64,000 nucleotides of DNA from IMG/VR virus record IMGVR_UViG_3300020473_000016. The stretch is one strand, 5' to 3'. The notes under the pieces are model-generated. The model did no database searches, was not told the DNA's origin, and saw nothing but the letters and a program-made list of their open reading frames with translations. Origin of the DNA: a virus. Positions 31,601 to 38,038 of this stretch are shown in pieces. Position 1 is the first letter of the stretch. The number at the start of each line of letters is the position of its first letter. The translations under genes and the position numbers were made by a program.

Positions 31601-34600
31601 CAAGAGGTGATGCTCCAACATTAACTGTTATACTATTTGAAGTAGTTCCTGTAATCTGTATTGCTTCACCAGATACAGGGTCAGTTAGTCTTGGATATGA
31701 ATGAACTGAAGAATAGTCATCCATTGAGCAGGTAAACTTCAATGAGTTATCTGCAATCTTAATGAATGTACCAGTCTGTAAAGTGTGACTACCTATTAGT
31801 AATTCTAGATCACCTGTGGTAGCATTGTAAGTACCTTGTTGAGGAGTGAAGTTAACAGTAGGAGATGCTCCAACGTTTACATCAACTGTATTCGTTGTTG
31901 CTCCTGTAATTGTTAACCATGCTCCACTAGCAGGGTCGGATGCTCTAGGATAAGTATGATTAGTATAATCTCCATCCATTCCACATGTGAATGTTAGAGA
32001 ATCATCTGCAATCTTTATCTTATCTCCATCAGTGTATCCATGATTAGGAATAGTTAGTGTTAATAAACCATTACCAGGAGTGTATGATGCATTAGTTGCT
32101 GTAGTTGTAGCAGATCCAGTAAATCCATGACTAGCAATAGTTAATACTAAATCTCCAGTCTCAGCATTGTAAGTAGCACCTGTTGGTGTATAAGAAACAG
32201 ATGGGTTTGCTGGATCAACAGTAATAGTATTGTCAGATACTGTTAATAGATTAGCAATTGCTTGCTTACAATAATCTTTTGCTCTATTGAAAGCATATAC
32301 AGATTCTTCTTCCTCACCTAACAATCCATTTGATAGAGGAGTTCCATCTGGGTTGAAATATGTCTTGGTTGTAGCAATAATATTAGCGTTACCACCATCT
32401 CTTAAATCTTCTGAGATAGAATCAATAACATATCCAATGTCTCTCTTACACTTAGCTTCAGAAGAGGCATGTGAAGGAGCATACTCAAGAGTCTTAGACC
32501 ATGCACCATCTATAATTTCTTGTCTGTTTGCCTGTATTAAATTACGTGCATCTGCATATCTATTTGCAGCAGGATCTAGTCCTGGATTGACATAAGATAC
32601 GTTTCTAAGAGCAGGATATTTCTCTAGGATATAACCAAATACTTCCTCCTGCATCATGCGACGGTTGCTTTCAATTAAGTTAGCAGCGTCAGCAAATGCG
32701 TTATTAACTGATAATCCAGAAGGATTAAGTATAGAACCCTTAGCGATGTACTTAACAAATCCTGTTGGTTCTAATCTTGCATTGAATAGACCACCATGAC
32801 CTTGATAAGATGGTTCCATCTTAACAAATAGTTTCTCATCAGACTTAGCACCAAGTCTATATCCTGTAATTGTTGCAGCAGGACGATTATTTGGATCACC
32901 TAAGTCATCACTACCTAAGAATAACTTAGTATAGTTGTTTGTATCCTGTATAGTACCAGCAATATCAACGGTATAATACTGAACCTTCTCTGTGTTAGCA
33001 GCATTATCTGTAATCTTTTGTGGTGGGATAATATCTGTAATGTATCCACCCTTATCTTGGTTAAAGGAGAATCCTTTAAATCCTTTAGCATGTAATGATG
33101 TATTACCGAAGTTACTGTTAGAGTTGGTGATACTCATGTCACCACCAGACTCCATCAAGAAGTGATCGGCATAACCAACAGCGAAGATACTAACACACTG
33201 GATGAATGAATCTTCAGATGCTCTAACGTGGAAGTTTCTCCACTCATCTTTCCAATAAGAATCACCCTTAGTATGATAAGGTACTGTTGCAAATGCATCT
33301 GTTAATGATGCTTGGTTCCAAGTATTTGAGTACTCATCATATCTAATGAATGCTCTATCGTCTTGTTGTAGTGATACACCTGTATACTGAGCAATAACAA
33401 CTGACTTAAATCCAGTTGCTTTTAGACCATTAGCCCAGATACCACAAATACCCCATGTTGAACGGATGGAGCAGTTAAAGACGTATGGAGATGCAGATTC
33501 AACAGAGTCAACCTCTGCTAATGTCTGTGCATTCTGACCTAATGCAGGAGTTGAGTTTATATCAACAGTTTTGCCAGAGTTAATATTAGTACCAATGGCA
33601 GCAGTTACAGAAGGTACTTCGTAAATGAATTTACGAGGATCATTCTGATCAATTTCTTTGATTGGGAATATACCTTCAAGTATATCATCAATCTCTGTAC
33701 TTGATATAGCAACAAATTGACCTTGGAAGTACCCATGATCAACTTTAGTAGTTACTTCAACCTCTGTAGTAGATGCAGGGATAGAGGGATCAGTAGTATT
33801 ATCAGTGAACTTTAAAGACTCAATTATACGAGAGTCAGATAAAGGACCAACGATTCTGTTTTCTTGAACTCTAGGAGCAAACTCACCAGGATCATCAATA
33901 GTAGGTTGATATGAAGAAAATGCCTTAGCAACCTTTCTATAATATAAACCTAATTCTTCTGAATCAGCATATTCAAATACTGTTAGTTTATGGTGAGAAT
34001 AATTAGGAGCAGCTTTCTTAGTGAAATCATTAGGGTCATAATAAACTTCACCAGTACCAGCAGAGGCATTGTAAAGAGGAGATTCAGAACTTGTTTGACC
34101 ATCCTTAATAGTAAATTGCCAGAAATAGCAACCACCAGTAACATTGAAAATAGCAGAACGAGGGATATCTCTTTCAGTTACAGCAGGATCGGGAACATAT
34201 AGAGGACGTAGAGTAGTTCTACGAAGATCATAACCAACAAGTGAGGAACCACGAGGGATTATAGCACCACCCTCAGTGTTGTTAAACTTATAGAATATAT
34301 TATCAGGGTTGGATACATCTAGAATTGAATTATCTGTCCAAGCAGCATTTGCTTGATCAAATCCAAATACATCAATACCACTAGTGTCTACTAGACCTGG
34401 TCTATTGTCAATATAATGGATACCAGGCATCAACATGATAGTGAACTGATCGAACCTATCATTATCGAATCCTGGAAGGTATGAATACCTTGCAATCTCT
34501 ATAAAAGCACGCTGAATGCTCTTAAATGGTGTTACAGGTGAATTACCTCTATTAGATAAAGCATCTGTTGCGTTGAAATCATCGGGTGAAACATACAAAT

Positions 34601-34649
34601 ACTTACCAGTCTTACTACTGATAAGATTATCCAGTCTTGTTAATGGCAT
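19674..34649 (-). CDS. giant (4991 aa) virion structural / tail fibre protein
   Basis: single ORF under TATAAATA; N-terminal beta-helix-like region; internal repeats; T/G/N-rich fibre-like C-terminal half. Confidence 0.85.
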   Translation of the reverse strand: MPLTRLDNLISSKTGKYLYVSPDDFNATDALSNRGNSPVTPFKSIQRAFIEIARYSYLPGFDNDRFDQFTIMLMPGIHYIDNRPGLVDTSGIDVFGFDQANAAWTDNSILDVSNPDNIFYKFNNTEGGAIIPRGSSLVGYDLRRTTLRPLYVPDPAVTERDIPRSAIFNVTGGCYFWQFTIKDGQTSSESPLYNASAGTGEVYYDPNDFTKKAAPNYSHHKLTVFEYADSEELGLYYRKVAKAFSSYQPTIDDPGEFAPRVQENRIVGPLSDSRIIESLKFTDNTTDPSIPASTTEVEVTTKVDHGYFQGQFVAISSTEIDDILEGIFPIKEIDQNDPRKFIYEVPSVTAAIGTNINSGKTVDINSTPALGQNAQTLAEVDSVESASPYVFNCSIRSTWGICGIWANGLKATGFKSVVIAQYTGVSLQQDDRAFIRYDEYSNTWNQASLTDAFATVPYHTKGDSYWKDEWRNFHVRASEDSFIQCVSIFAVGYADHFLMESGGDMSITNSNSNFGNTSLHAKGFKGFSFNQDKGGYITDIIPPQKITDNAANTEKVQYYTVDIAGTIQDTNNYTKLFLGSDDLGDPNNRPAATITGYRLGAKSDEKLFVKMEPSYQGHGGLFNARLEPTGFVKYIAKGSILNPSGLSVNNAFADAANLIESNRRMMQEEVFGYILEKYPALRNVSYVNPGLDPAANRYADARNLIQANRQEIIDGAWSKTLEYAPSHASSEAKCKRDIGYVIDSISEDLRDGGNANIIATTKTYFNPDGTPLSNGLLGEEEESVYAFNRAKDYCKQAIANLLTVSDNTITVDPANPSVSYTPTGATYNAETGDLVLTIASHGFTGSATTTATNASYTPGNGLLTLTIPNHGYTDGDKIKIADDSLTFTCGMDGDYTNHTYPRASDPASGAWLTITGATTNTVDVNVGASPTVNFTPQQGTYNATTGDLELLIGSHTLQTGTFIKIADNSLKFTCSMDDYSSVHSYPRLTDPVSGEAIQITGTTSNSITVNVGASPLVEYTPSNASFVPTTGLMELTIGQHNLRGADRYTPTAANYNPNTGIITITVAGHGFQNGEKVRIDDGALTFTCDQDSNGTNHSYPRATDPVSGSWLEISGVTTDTFDVQVLAAVPSTNTTTHSFVSAAANSITKPNDSIKLADGAVTFTCAQDGNATNHSYPRTTVETATVTDADYNPTTGILELTIANHGFNNGEQIKLADDSLTFTCAQDSNNTNHTYPRASDPVSGKWLKIFNVQTNTFQVQVLAQQPSTNVTAHTFVSASANGLSYKKDPFYDNSIYIEEVGTTTATVTGATYTPASGVMVLTLNGHGLNNGDKIKFAKESLTFTCSKDSNATNHSYPRTTDPSYDEWLTVANKTANTFEVNVGISGVNDQYTHSFVSASTNGLIKQSGTIKLFIGVSSNTTAHSFVSAVASSVKTGGTYTHVWAGANANAITTGGNYPHNFVSATANGIEKAGDSLSINADSLTFTCAQDNNATQHKYPRATDPVYGEKLPISSTTTNTITVNVGKTQANGYDINNATYNPVTGDLVLTLPSHTINVGTSIRLAKDALTFTCGMDNNGTNHTYPRTTDPKYNTALDVTAVGSTNHTVSGAAYTPSTGELILTVTAHGFANGDMVKIADNSLTMTCALDGNASQHTYPRATDPVSGKWLQISAVTADTFKVNVGATSETSTHAFVSATSNGLERQTGTVTVNVGQSPIVNYNVSGATYNPTSGVLVLTIGAHTLTAGTSIKLGNNSLTFTCDQDSNATNHTYPRSGDPAYDTAISIASVTSDSITLNVGTSSNTTAHTFVSAATGAVIAGGNYTHTFVNTSNTTTATNAVYNPSTGVMTLTVNGHGFVEGEHIKIANNSLTFTCAQDSNATNHTYPRATDPSSGKWLKISNVTSNTFDVQVLKNVPSTNTTAHTFVSAQTNGIERALVIQGGEYPHTFVSAENNAVTIFRDDSSLNASRNKDARNLILANKNNIITEAINAINVYDSNHASTNYETKCRRDLGRIIDAIAQDLWFGGNEYTISYLKTYFSGNALLSNGVQGEVNQTVVGLNKIQDQINLAINNQLSQKDTSITTDTTGEPPIVSDANADVSVLLLANSKFIAKEAYEQMKVVHPSYTPAAGYTEQDCLDDVYDVVRDLAYNMKYGGNHKIYDIGNGFVTNNFNGVPLLMPQSERTEVAEVYKKVKAVVEDVIQNVTVTPTNWTPDATNQQVKDLTLINLFDAPTCASMVSATDTLMDIIIQGVGTDAAVGNLNSITRTEPTQPTTYTQGNCAEVLSTVDTLIGVFTDSLLAGNLNDLPSVSNGEWDCANVRNTIETLFDILVDSITAGNLNGLPTINKGDFTINNESSKCFRDVAYIVDAVVNDLRLGGNINSVQAGEAYFVNAQLDFVDGQASETIDAWNYVGNMCTAAMRNFDFLAFNCTTTAGSAIVDVNDSSGMVIGMSVVEYDESGVSPYEQGVLKSSGVTPIYTTIPEGTYVKRIVSNTQIELGVKGSKLVTGNTVNAILSSSSINLYFTYSEGAWADTLPDTKVIGPVTDADRDITRDSTTNSSNAECAATAAAINTLIGNITTIISSGLGSVTRQEQTVNTSLLASRATVFTIDTTGTGSSNAHNFETGTPVRLVPRPRFDTVTKKYVDVDKRVVRLPNGFETNRTYYVISPGRTTSPIDYSGGTYFDGSDQTKLMLATSRENAAAGIYIYASETTSVDPDVEIDIYQFVLDDSYDLHSYRTNLATTSAFSGNGGFETEIPNIVDKPSTSTDAQQVFFRPEEGSQLPLVSTSFANNPNVAVTNSSSPDFGRLNPNVSFYVRYQNDRVFTIHLSKADALNDVRITFDPGQTGIKFTTYANKRRSPMAFDPTFTDAVTTSGKWYIKVKDDVTGQPSSVFYDNIIWRIKQTDMSSTPRTTDMWYERLKDQREANERTYKLRYVIPKDIENARDPINGFVIKGRTDDTRKLIPQKIVLKPVTGSVYGARFKNPRQQNEYIGYTEADFASNSLSVPAKYDPYKKDLTNAGVEYRAFVKTTSGITATIQSGRYVEDPLDPNIKYLELNVFDHAVDVVNYPGLKNEIFTTVRIDAPQGGSFVANKTQNSSTNEISWTGYSSGLANIHAYYNVGSSHYLILKNIRGGKLEYSDFANTRFTQGNVFAEMVEDQDFGKSLPLKRLISKGYPEYYYRQNGANVYTITPGDRITDDAGIEYYVDSVNDVGIIEDTFYIFNVETLQKRIFGQQEGIYYLTCLRGNISPFPTGPGVVNNFKSFKFSQPVSKLYPLNYRNDPLWFQKSGTTAEEKNVFAGLVDPPQAYSAADNYTHGLVTVNDYKNSTTREGVEDLVRQSAFIENTYSVQAQSGNATSGSEDRRIPIAGTSTVMTDDKFYVEFRRPSIARAGNHTFEYLGFGPGNYSTGLPIRQEVVLTPTEDFYAQSKKQDGGIVFYTGLNSNGDLYIGNKKINAITGEETFLDAATLQDDGDKDDVVGGLVTTFDTAVTFNQNITVVGGNGSLVNTFESPVLISVQDNDLIQNRDVLIIRSNVSPTDPVTLLEQDEGLDRTSFTPATKGDIRISKNRVDAAVFGFNARGDGQNYMIQTHTTSAGAPTNMTPNQTSMVNAGGTRINSNQDISYGGVQPTSGDILLKGDEVGESGSLGWIYANYFSEIAGSNIFTITFDGSNVVKLTFEASGVQLSNSSLGITSASRIRFTNYPVSLINIPQGWPVYSPSGDAFDPANNYVHFQVTTAQAQAVISWTTIISQNASAKLYVSTSEFKELGVVGADAIRTLVRNTLASGAGSIGDYRVGINTVTRASHDSHATGFVDTYTNPRANLDVVGSAFISGTTTTDFLTEPEFASRTKAGRADAFLVGGDADNPLNQATLRVKTSNTVGTGQVGINATDTNLSTYGLYVNGTSNFTGNALFDLDVQIDGGDLTTASTTFNVVNTTATTVNIAGDATALTLGDTTTAAQTIDIGDSVTGQQTIKIGSASVDSNIFFGAIADTATNISKIEIGGAYGNNESLSYVKFGNRKVSYAGDATFGADKILGGDRTQPEQTVTLNTEAGIVSFFSGNTQTIDFGLNASEINIAGQGGSTTVRNNFEVDGETTLNGSVKLCGGTAAFSFIGNRAALGSTAFAHASGILGVGNYNKNVDIINVLELTQSQSGWNRLDTTGAGQWGGTTWQALRVGEGPGGTDLPALSGDQYYLPLEVDPGSYFAEGDYMILDAPLDVNAGTHPEIVRIIPGGLAGATSAPYIVTVQRQPLGTYTAIKTNHPDTLTTKTPIYKCNIAFDGTWTEQAIDASGVQENIYLASFGGTLQTQRDYVIIDREDTNGNGIFDQGEVFKLATPLTQNNKNFQVLDGCPGNVLFEVDTVTGNVIVGNDGVDGENGKLTVNGSLNFIGGCKTAWKETANGDGFIVGDIQANLTTITNVTNTQGLEVGDYVELSSNGGAVTLEQNQFVTTGGQTRQTDPQIVSIVGSTVTLNVAFGGAGTATGATLRASVNEKFSITDRVRDVFSIDACSGDTVLGNPSGTIYTVRSKWGTTAAAHAKGATVYTVLKDPKVDNGIATTFVDTVTPISTTATQLTVDNVTDFAINDFILVGYGSGGNEEFMQVSGTPVVTSGTAGYLPVTRVNNVANWPGAAKTHSDGETVWRVLTRETTVLEDAIPSTGTSVVAVNVKNSDVVPFFLDRFYALLIGDEIFEVTNTATTDGGIQMVKKNFHHGRLTVYDDVKFIGSSFDIMGTDNNVPILTIQNNDEHHFEAGKLVVNAATDISGFLRVFPSKCVEDPDAIQFTNKTFNPTFRVEPEYGDTYVGRLLDVAGIPATTASSTQQILTVRQLGDGGTKGYTINQDCSIDAFGYTGWKNKNGGHKSTFVNSNANITSNVNYIVAVAPSTGALVLTLPSTPETGDIIRFTEVGGSLTYNNSLVVRAPIVNGEPVAIQGDTEGTKLGGLSTPYGSGELVIQNKNASFGLIFVGSSDGNNFIPAAYQGWWLTEL
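26920..32705 (-). other. four nested phycobiliprotein (globin-fold)-like domains within the giant fibre
   Basis: KCKRDIGY, KCRRDLGR, DCLDDVYD and KCFRDVAY each followed by GGN; four helix-H-like motifs TCASMV, GNCAEV, WDCANV, AECAAT. Confidence 0.55.
28785..32195 (-). repeat. 11 copies of an about 100-aa beta-rich domain, recursively nested
   Basis: 11 x TFTC..D.N..NH.YPR and 11 x H.FV-type closing strands counted in the translation. Confidence 0.85.
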
Positions 34650-34687
34650 GATTTTACTCTGACCCTGCTATAAAAATATCCTCGTAT

Positions 34688-34695
34688 TATTTATA
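34688..34695 (-). promoter_or_regulatory. T4 late promoter TATAAATA for the fibre operon
   Basis: exact consensus 39 nt upstream of the ATG at 34649. Confidence 0.75.
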
Positions 34696-35761
34696 CCTCT
34701 TGCGTCTGAGTCCAGTTATCAAAACTTCCAGGATACCATAGAGCATATATCTCTTGCCGTCTAATATTTTCGGCATAACTTGACCTTTTTACTTGGTCTA
34801 ATATTGCAGCAAATTCCGCGTAAGGTTTGAAAGGTAAAGATTTAGCATATCTCCAAAAAGGAGTATCATACTTGGAACCACCTAGATAATGCCACAAAAT
34901 AAAAGTTTCAATCTTCCGCATTTGAGCATGAACCATATTATTGATTGATTGTCTCGTACCAAACTTATTAATTAAGTGGAGTGCAGTGCTTTCCGCAACA
35001 AATTTATAAAAATGTCCAGATGTAGCCTCTAATGGTTCTAAAAATGACAGCATATTACCATTGAGAATGGTACGTTCTCCTCTCCATATATTCTTTGCAA
35101 TATAATTATCAAACTTCAAATACCCATCAGGTTTTGCATTAAAAAATTTGCCGAAATTTTTTTCAGCAATTGATCGTGGCGTTATTTCACTACGGTGTAA
35201 GTAACCATAAGAAGTACTATCATGATTAGGAATAACAAACGTCCATCCATCAGGAGTAGCAATTGCTTCAGTATGTTCTAACTTAGGATCATAAGGTCCA
35301 GTTGCCAAAGAAACAGCATTAACTGGATTAGTTAATTTATGATATTCATCAAGATTACTTGGTCTACCTCTACAATCAAAGATATAATCAGCATCTATCT
35401 CTTGTTCTGGATCACTGATATTTTTCTCTATAGACTTGTATTGTTTCAAACATTGTTCCTTTAATAAGTTAGGAACATAATGAGCAGAGACTGAATGGAA
35501 ATAAAAATCGTGATATACATCTTTCTTACCCCAATTTTTATAATTTATTCCCCATTTCTTTGTTGCTTTAATATCATTATGACTCCAATTCTGATTAAGA
35601 GCACCACACATCAATGACACAACATCACATGTAGTGCCTTGACCTACCCTTTCAATAGGAACGTTAGGATCATGGTATATTTCTACCTCTTGTCCTAACA
35701 AATCATATTGCATTGCAGTAATACATCCACCTAATCCAGCACCAATTACTGCTATTTTCAT
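34691..35761 (-). CDS. flavin-dependent halogenase-like protein (tryptophan halogenase family)
   Basis: GAGLGG FAD motif, ATKKWGI (catalytic Lys position), GWTFVIP, FLEPLEATS. Confidence 0.8.
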   Translation of the reverse strand: MKIAVIGAGLGGCITAMQYDLLGQEVEIYHDPNVPIERVGQGTTCDVVSLMCGALNQNWSHNDIKATKKWGINYKNWGKKDVYHDFYFHSVSAHYVPNLLKEQCLKQYKSIEKNISDPEQEIDADYIFDCRGRPSNLDEYHKLTNPVNAVSLATGPYDPKLEHTEAIATPDGWTFVIPNHDSTSYGYLHRSEITPRSIAEKNFGKFFNAKPDGYLKFDNYIAKNIWRGERTILNGNMLSFLEPLEATSGHFYKFVAESTALHLINKFGTRQSINNMVHAQMRKIETFILWHYLGGSKYDTPFWRYAKSLPFKPYAEFAAILDQVKRSSYAENIRRQEIYALWYPGSFDNWTQTQEV

Positions 35762-36258
35762 TTCAATCCCCAGATTTGTATTGTTACTCTAATAGCAAAT
35801 CCATCTGGTGCAACAGAAGTTACTAAATGCTTCTCTTTACTTGTATTCAGTACCATAGTATTCTTCGTTGGTAATATTGTATTCCATTCACGAGTATCTT
35901 TGTCTTCCCAAATAAACCATCCACCAGAATTAGGATGCCATGTTTCATTCAAATATATGGTAGCACCAAAACGACGACCACTATCATCATGCATAGCAAT
36001 TCCAGAATGAGGTTGCCAAACATAATACTGTGTAACTATCTCACATTCAGGTACATGAGGTGATATTTCTTTCACAATGTCATTATGAATATCTTCAGAT
36101 GTCATTGCTGCTATAGTGCTACCAGATATACCTTGTCTCAAACCAGGTTCCCAGATGATTACACTAGATGCCCATTCATTTTCTGATAATTTTTTATTAA
36201 CTTCTTTTTTACAACGTGAAAAAAGATCTTCACTTAAAGCATTCTTTATTATTTTCAT
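35758..36258 (-). CDS. 2OG-Fe(II) oxygenase (prolyl-hydroxylase-like)
   Basis: IAMHDD...TIYLNETW...GGWF...H.VT. Confidence 0.85.
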   Translation of the reverse strand: MKIIKNALSEDLFSRCKKEVNKKLSENEWASSVIIWEPGLRQGISGSTIAAMTSEDIHNDIVKEISPHVPECEIVTQYYVWQPHSGIAMHDDSGRRFGATIYLNETWHPNSGGWFIWEDKDTREWNTILPTKNTMVLNTSKEKHLVTSVAPDGFAIRVTIQIWGLK

Positions 36259-36273
36259 ATGTGCTATAGAGGC

Positions 36274-36801
36274 TCATGGTCTCTTAAAACTAAGATGACC
36301 GTAGTTAGATCCCCATATCTTCTGATGAGTTATAGGATCTAAACCCTCATCCATAACATCTAAACCTTCATGGTTTAATATGATACTATTTCTGAGGTAT
36401 GTATTTTTCCCATTCCAATCAATAAAACATTGACAGTCTGGATCAGTACCACCTTCATATCGTTGGTCTCCTGTCTTTTTAAATATTAAATCACATCCTT
36501 CCCTGTATGTCAATAGATCGTCTGTCAGTAATTCAAGATTAACTCCTTGAAGGAATCTCTGTTCATCCTGCTTACGAATTTCATAGTTCTTGGTACGTAT
36601 CTCATCACCATTCTCATTAATGTCAATGACATACTGTAAGTATGGTCTATTTCTTAGATAATTATATGCTTGTTCTCCATAGAAACGATTACCACCCATA
36701 CTTTTATAGGTAATCCAAATATGAGCATACCTTGTAGGATGACTCTGTGCTTGTTTTTTATTGGAGAATTGTCCCTCTAATAATGTAAGAAATTCACTCA
36801 T
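36274..36801 (-). CDS. cpeT: CpcT/CpeT-type phycobiliprotein lyase
   Basis: LEGQFSNKKQAQSHP..YAHI...FYGEQAY...PY...GCDLIF...WGS. Confidence 0.88.
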   Translation of the reverse strand: MSEFLTLLEGQFSNKKQAQSHPTRYAHIWITYKSMGGNRFYGEQAYNYLRNRPYLQYVIDINENGDEIRTKNYEIRKQDEQRFLQGVNLELLTDDLLTYREGCDLIFKKTGDQRYEGGTDPDCQCFIDWNGKNTYLRNSIILNHEGLDVMDEGLDPITHQKIWGSNYGHLSFKRP

Positions 36802-37064
36802 GTCGGTAATACTTCAGGATTGTATAAATCTAATTCAAAAAATACTGGATGACATTCTTCTAATTGTAGATAGTCACCTGCTGCAAGGATGTCTTGTAAC
36901 GTGTACTCTGGATTAACTGCACATTCTGTTAGAACCCATTTCTCTTGCTTTTCTTCTCTCTCAAGTGTATCAAATGCAAAGGGCATGTTCTCAATATAAT
37001 ACAGTAATACTGGTTCTTTGTCAAGAAAAACATACTGTCGTGTAATTCTATATGGTCTTGCCAT
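36798..37064 (-). CDS. hypothetical protein
   Basis: 88 aa, ATGA-coupled to cpeT. Confidence 0.7.
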   Translation of the reverse strand: MARPYRITRQYVFLDKEPVLLYYIENMPFAFDTLEREEKQEKWVLTECAVNPEYTLQDILAAGDYLQLEECHPVFFELDLYNPEVLPT

Positions 37065-37091
37065 GACCTTCTCTCAACTAATACTATTTAA

Positions 37092-37670
37092 CTACCTACC
37101 TATGTTGAATGATATAGAAATTCTATTTTCTACAGATTCATTTAAGTCTACCTTATGATAGATTGAAGATGGAAAGATTACAATCATACCTTCTTTTGGT
37201 GTCATATAATATGCTGGATGCACTGGTAAAATCTTTTGAAATTCATCTGAATAAGAATTCATTTCATCCCACATAGTAAATGCGTTAGGATTATCAAATA
37301 CTAATAGTCCAGAATCTTTTGGTGCATTAATCCAAAACACCCCAGAAAATACAGATCCAGGATGATTATGTTTATGATTAAATGCTCCTGGTCTGTTTAT
37401 ATTAATCCAAAGATCTTCTATATGAAAATCTTCATGTTTTAAAGTTCTAAAAAAGAAGTCATGACGTAGAGTTCTTTCAACCACATCCAATAAAGGATTA
37501 TCTTCTGCTGTATAATCAACTGAAGATTGCCAACCTCCTCTATTAGATATGGTTCTACCTTCTGGGTCAAAATCATATTCTGCGTATATGTAATCTAATA
37601 AACCTTCTTTATCAAAATCTTTTACTGTATAGGCATGTAAAGTAGAAGGAAATAGTGGTATAATTTTCAT
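37092..37670 (-). CDS. putative 2OG-Fe(II) oxygenase (TIGR02466-like)
   Basis: WININ...HNHPGSVFSGVFWI...IFPSSIYHKV...RISISFN. Confidence 0.85.
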   Translation of the reverse strand: MKIIPLFPSTLHAYTVKDFDKEGLLDYIYAEYDFDPEGRTISNRGGWQSSVDYTAEDNPLLDVVERTLRHDFFFRTLKHEDFHIEDLWININRPGAFNHKHNHPGSVFSGVFWINAPKDSGLLVFDNPNAFTMWDEMNSYSDEFQKILPVHPAYYMTPKEGMIVIFPSSIYHKVDLNESVENRISISFNIGR

Positions 37671-37786
37671 CTCATCAGTTTCATCTTCAACATCTTGACA
37701 CGTTTCTTCGCAGCACGTAACGCCTGTGGTTTCAGGGTACGCTTTGCTTCTTTTTTACTGTGATGTTGCCAATTTGGATACTTCAT
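37667..37786 (-). CDS. 39-aa basic hypothetical peptide
   Basis: MKYPNWQHHSKKEAKRTLKPQALRAAKKR...; ATGA overlap. Confidence 0.5.
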   Translation of the reverse strand: MKYPNWQHHSKKEAKRTLKPQALRAAKKRVKMLKMKLMR

Positions 37787-37955
37787 TGTCCTTTGGAGGA
37801 TTTGGTGCTTTCAGTTCAGGTTGTTTTGACTGTGCAGCAATGAATGCTCTTAGTTCAGGACCCTCGTCCCACTCCCAAACCTGATTGTGTTGAGGATTCT
37901 TCTTCACAATAGTATGGGATTTTCTTTCTATTCTGTTTGGGTTCAATTTCACCAT
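37755..37955 (-). CDS. hypothetical protein
   Basis: 66-aa ORF. Confidence 0.6.
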   Translation of the reverse strand: MVKLNPNRIERKSHTIVKKNPQHNQVWEWDEGPELRAFIAAQSKQPELKAPNPPKDNEVSKLATSQ

Positions 37956-37988
37956 TATATCTCATCACTACAGTATGTATGTTAGCAT

Positions 37989-38015
37989 AAAAAAAGACCC
38001 CTGTAAAGGGGTCTT
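37989..38015 (-). terminator. rho-independent terminator
   Basis: AAGACCCCT-TTAC-AGGGGTCTT followed by a U tract. Confidence 0.8.
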
Positions 38016-38038
38016 GATCCATCTCGAACTAGAGATAT

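Noticed and set aside
20919-34202. Many 60-130 aa ORFs overlapping the giant gene
   Set aside because: Shadow ORFs from biased codon usage; no SD, promoter or motif support.
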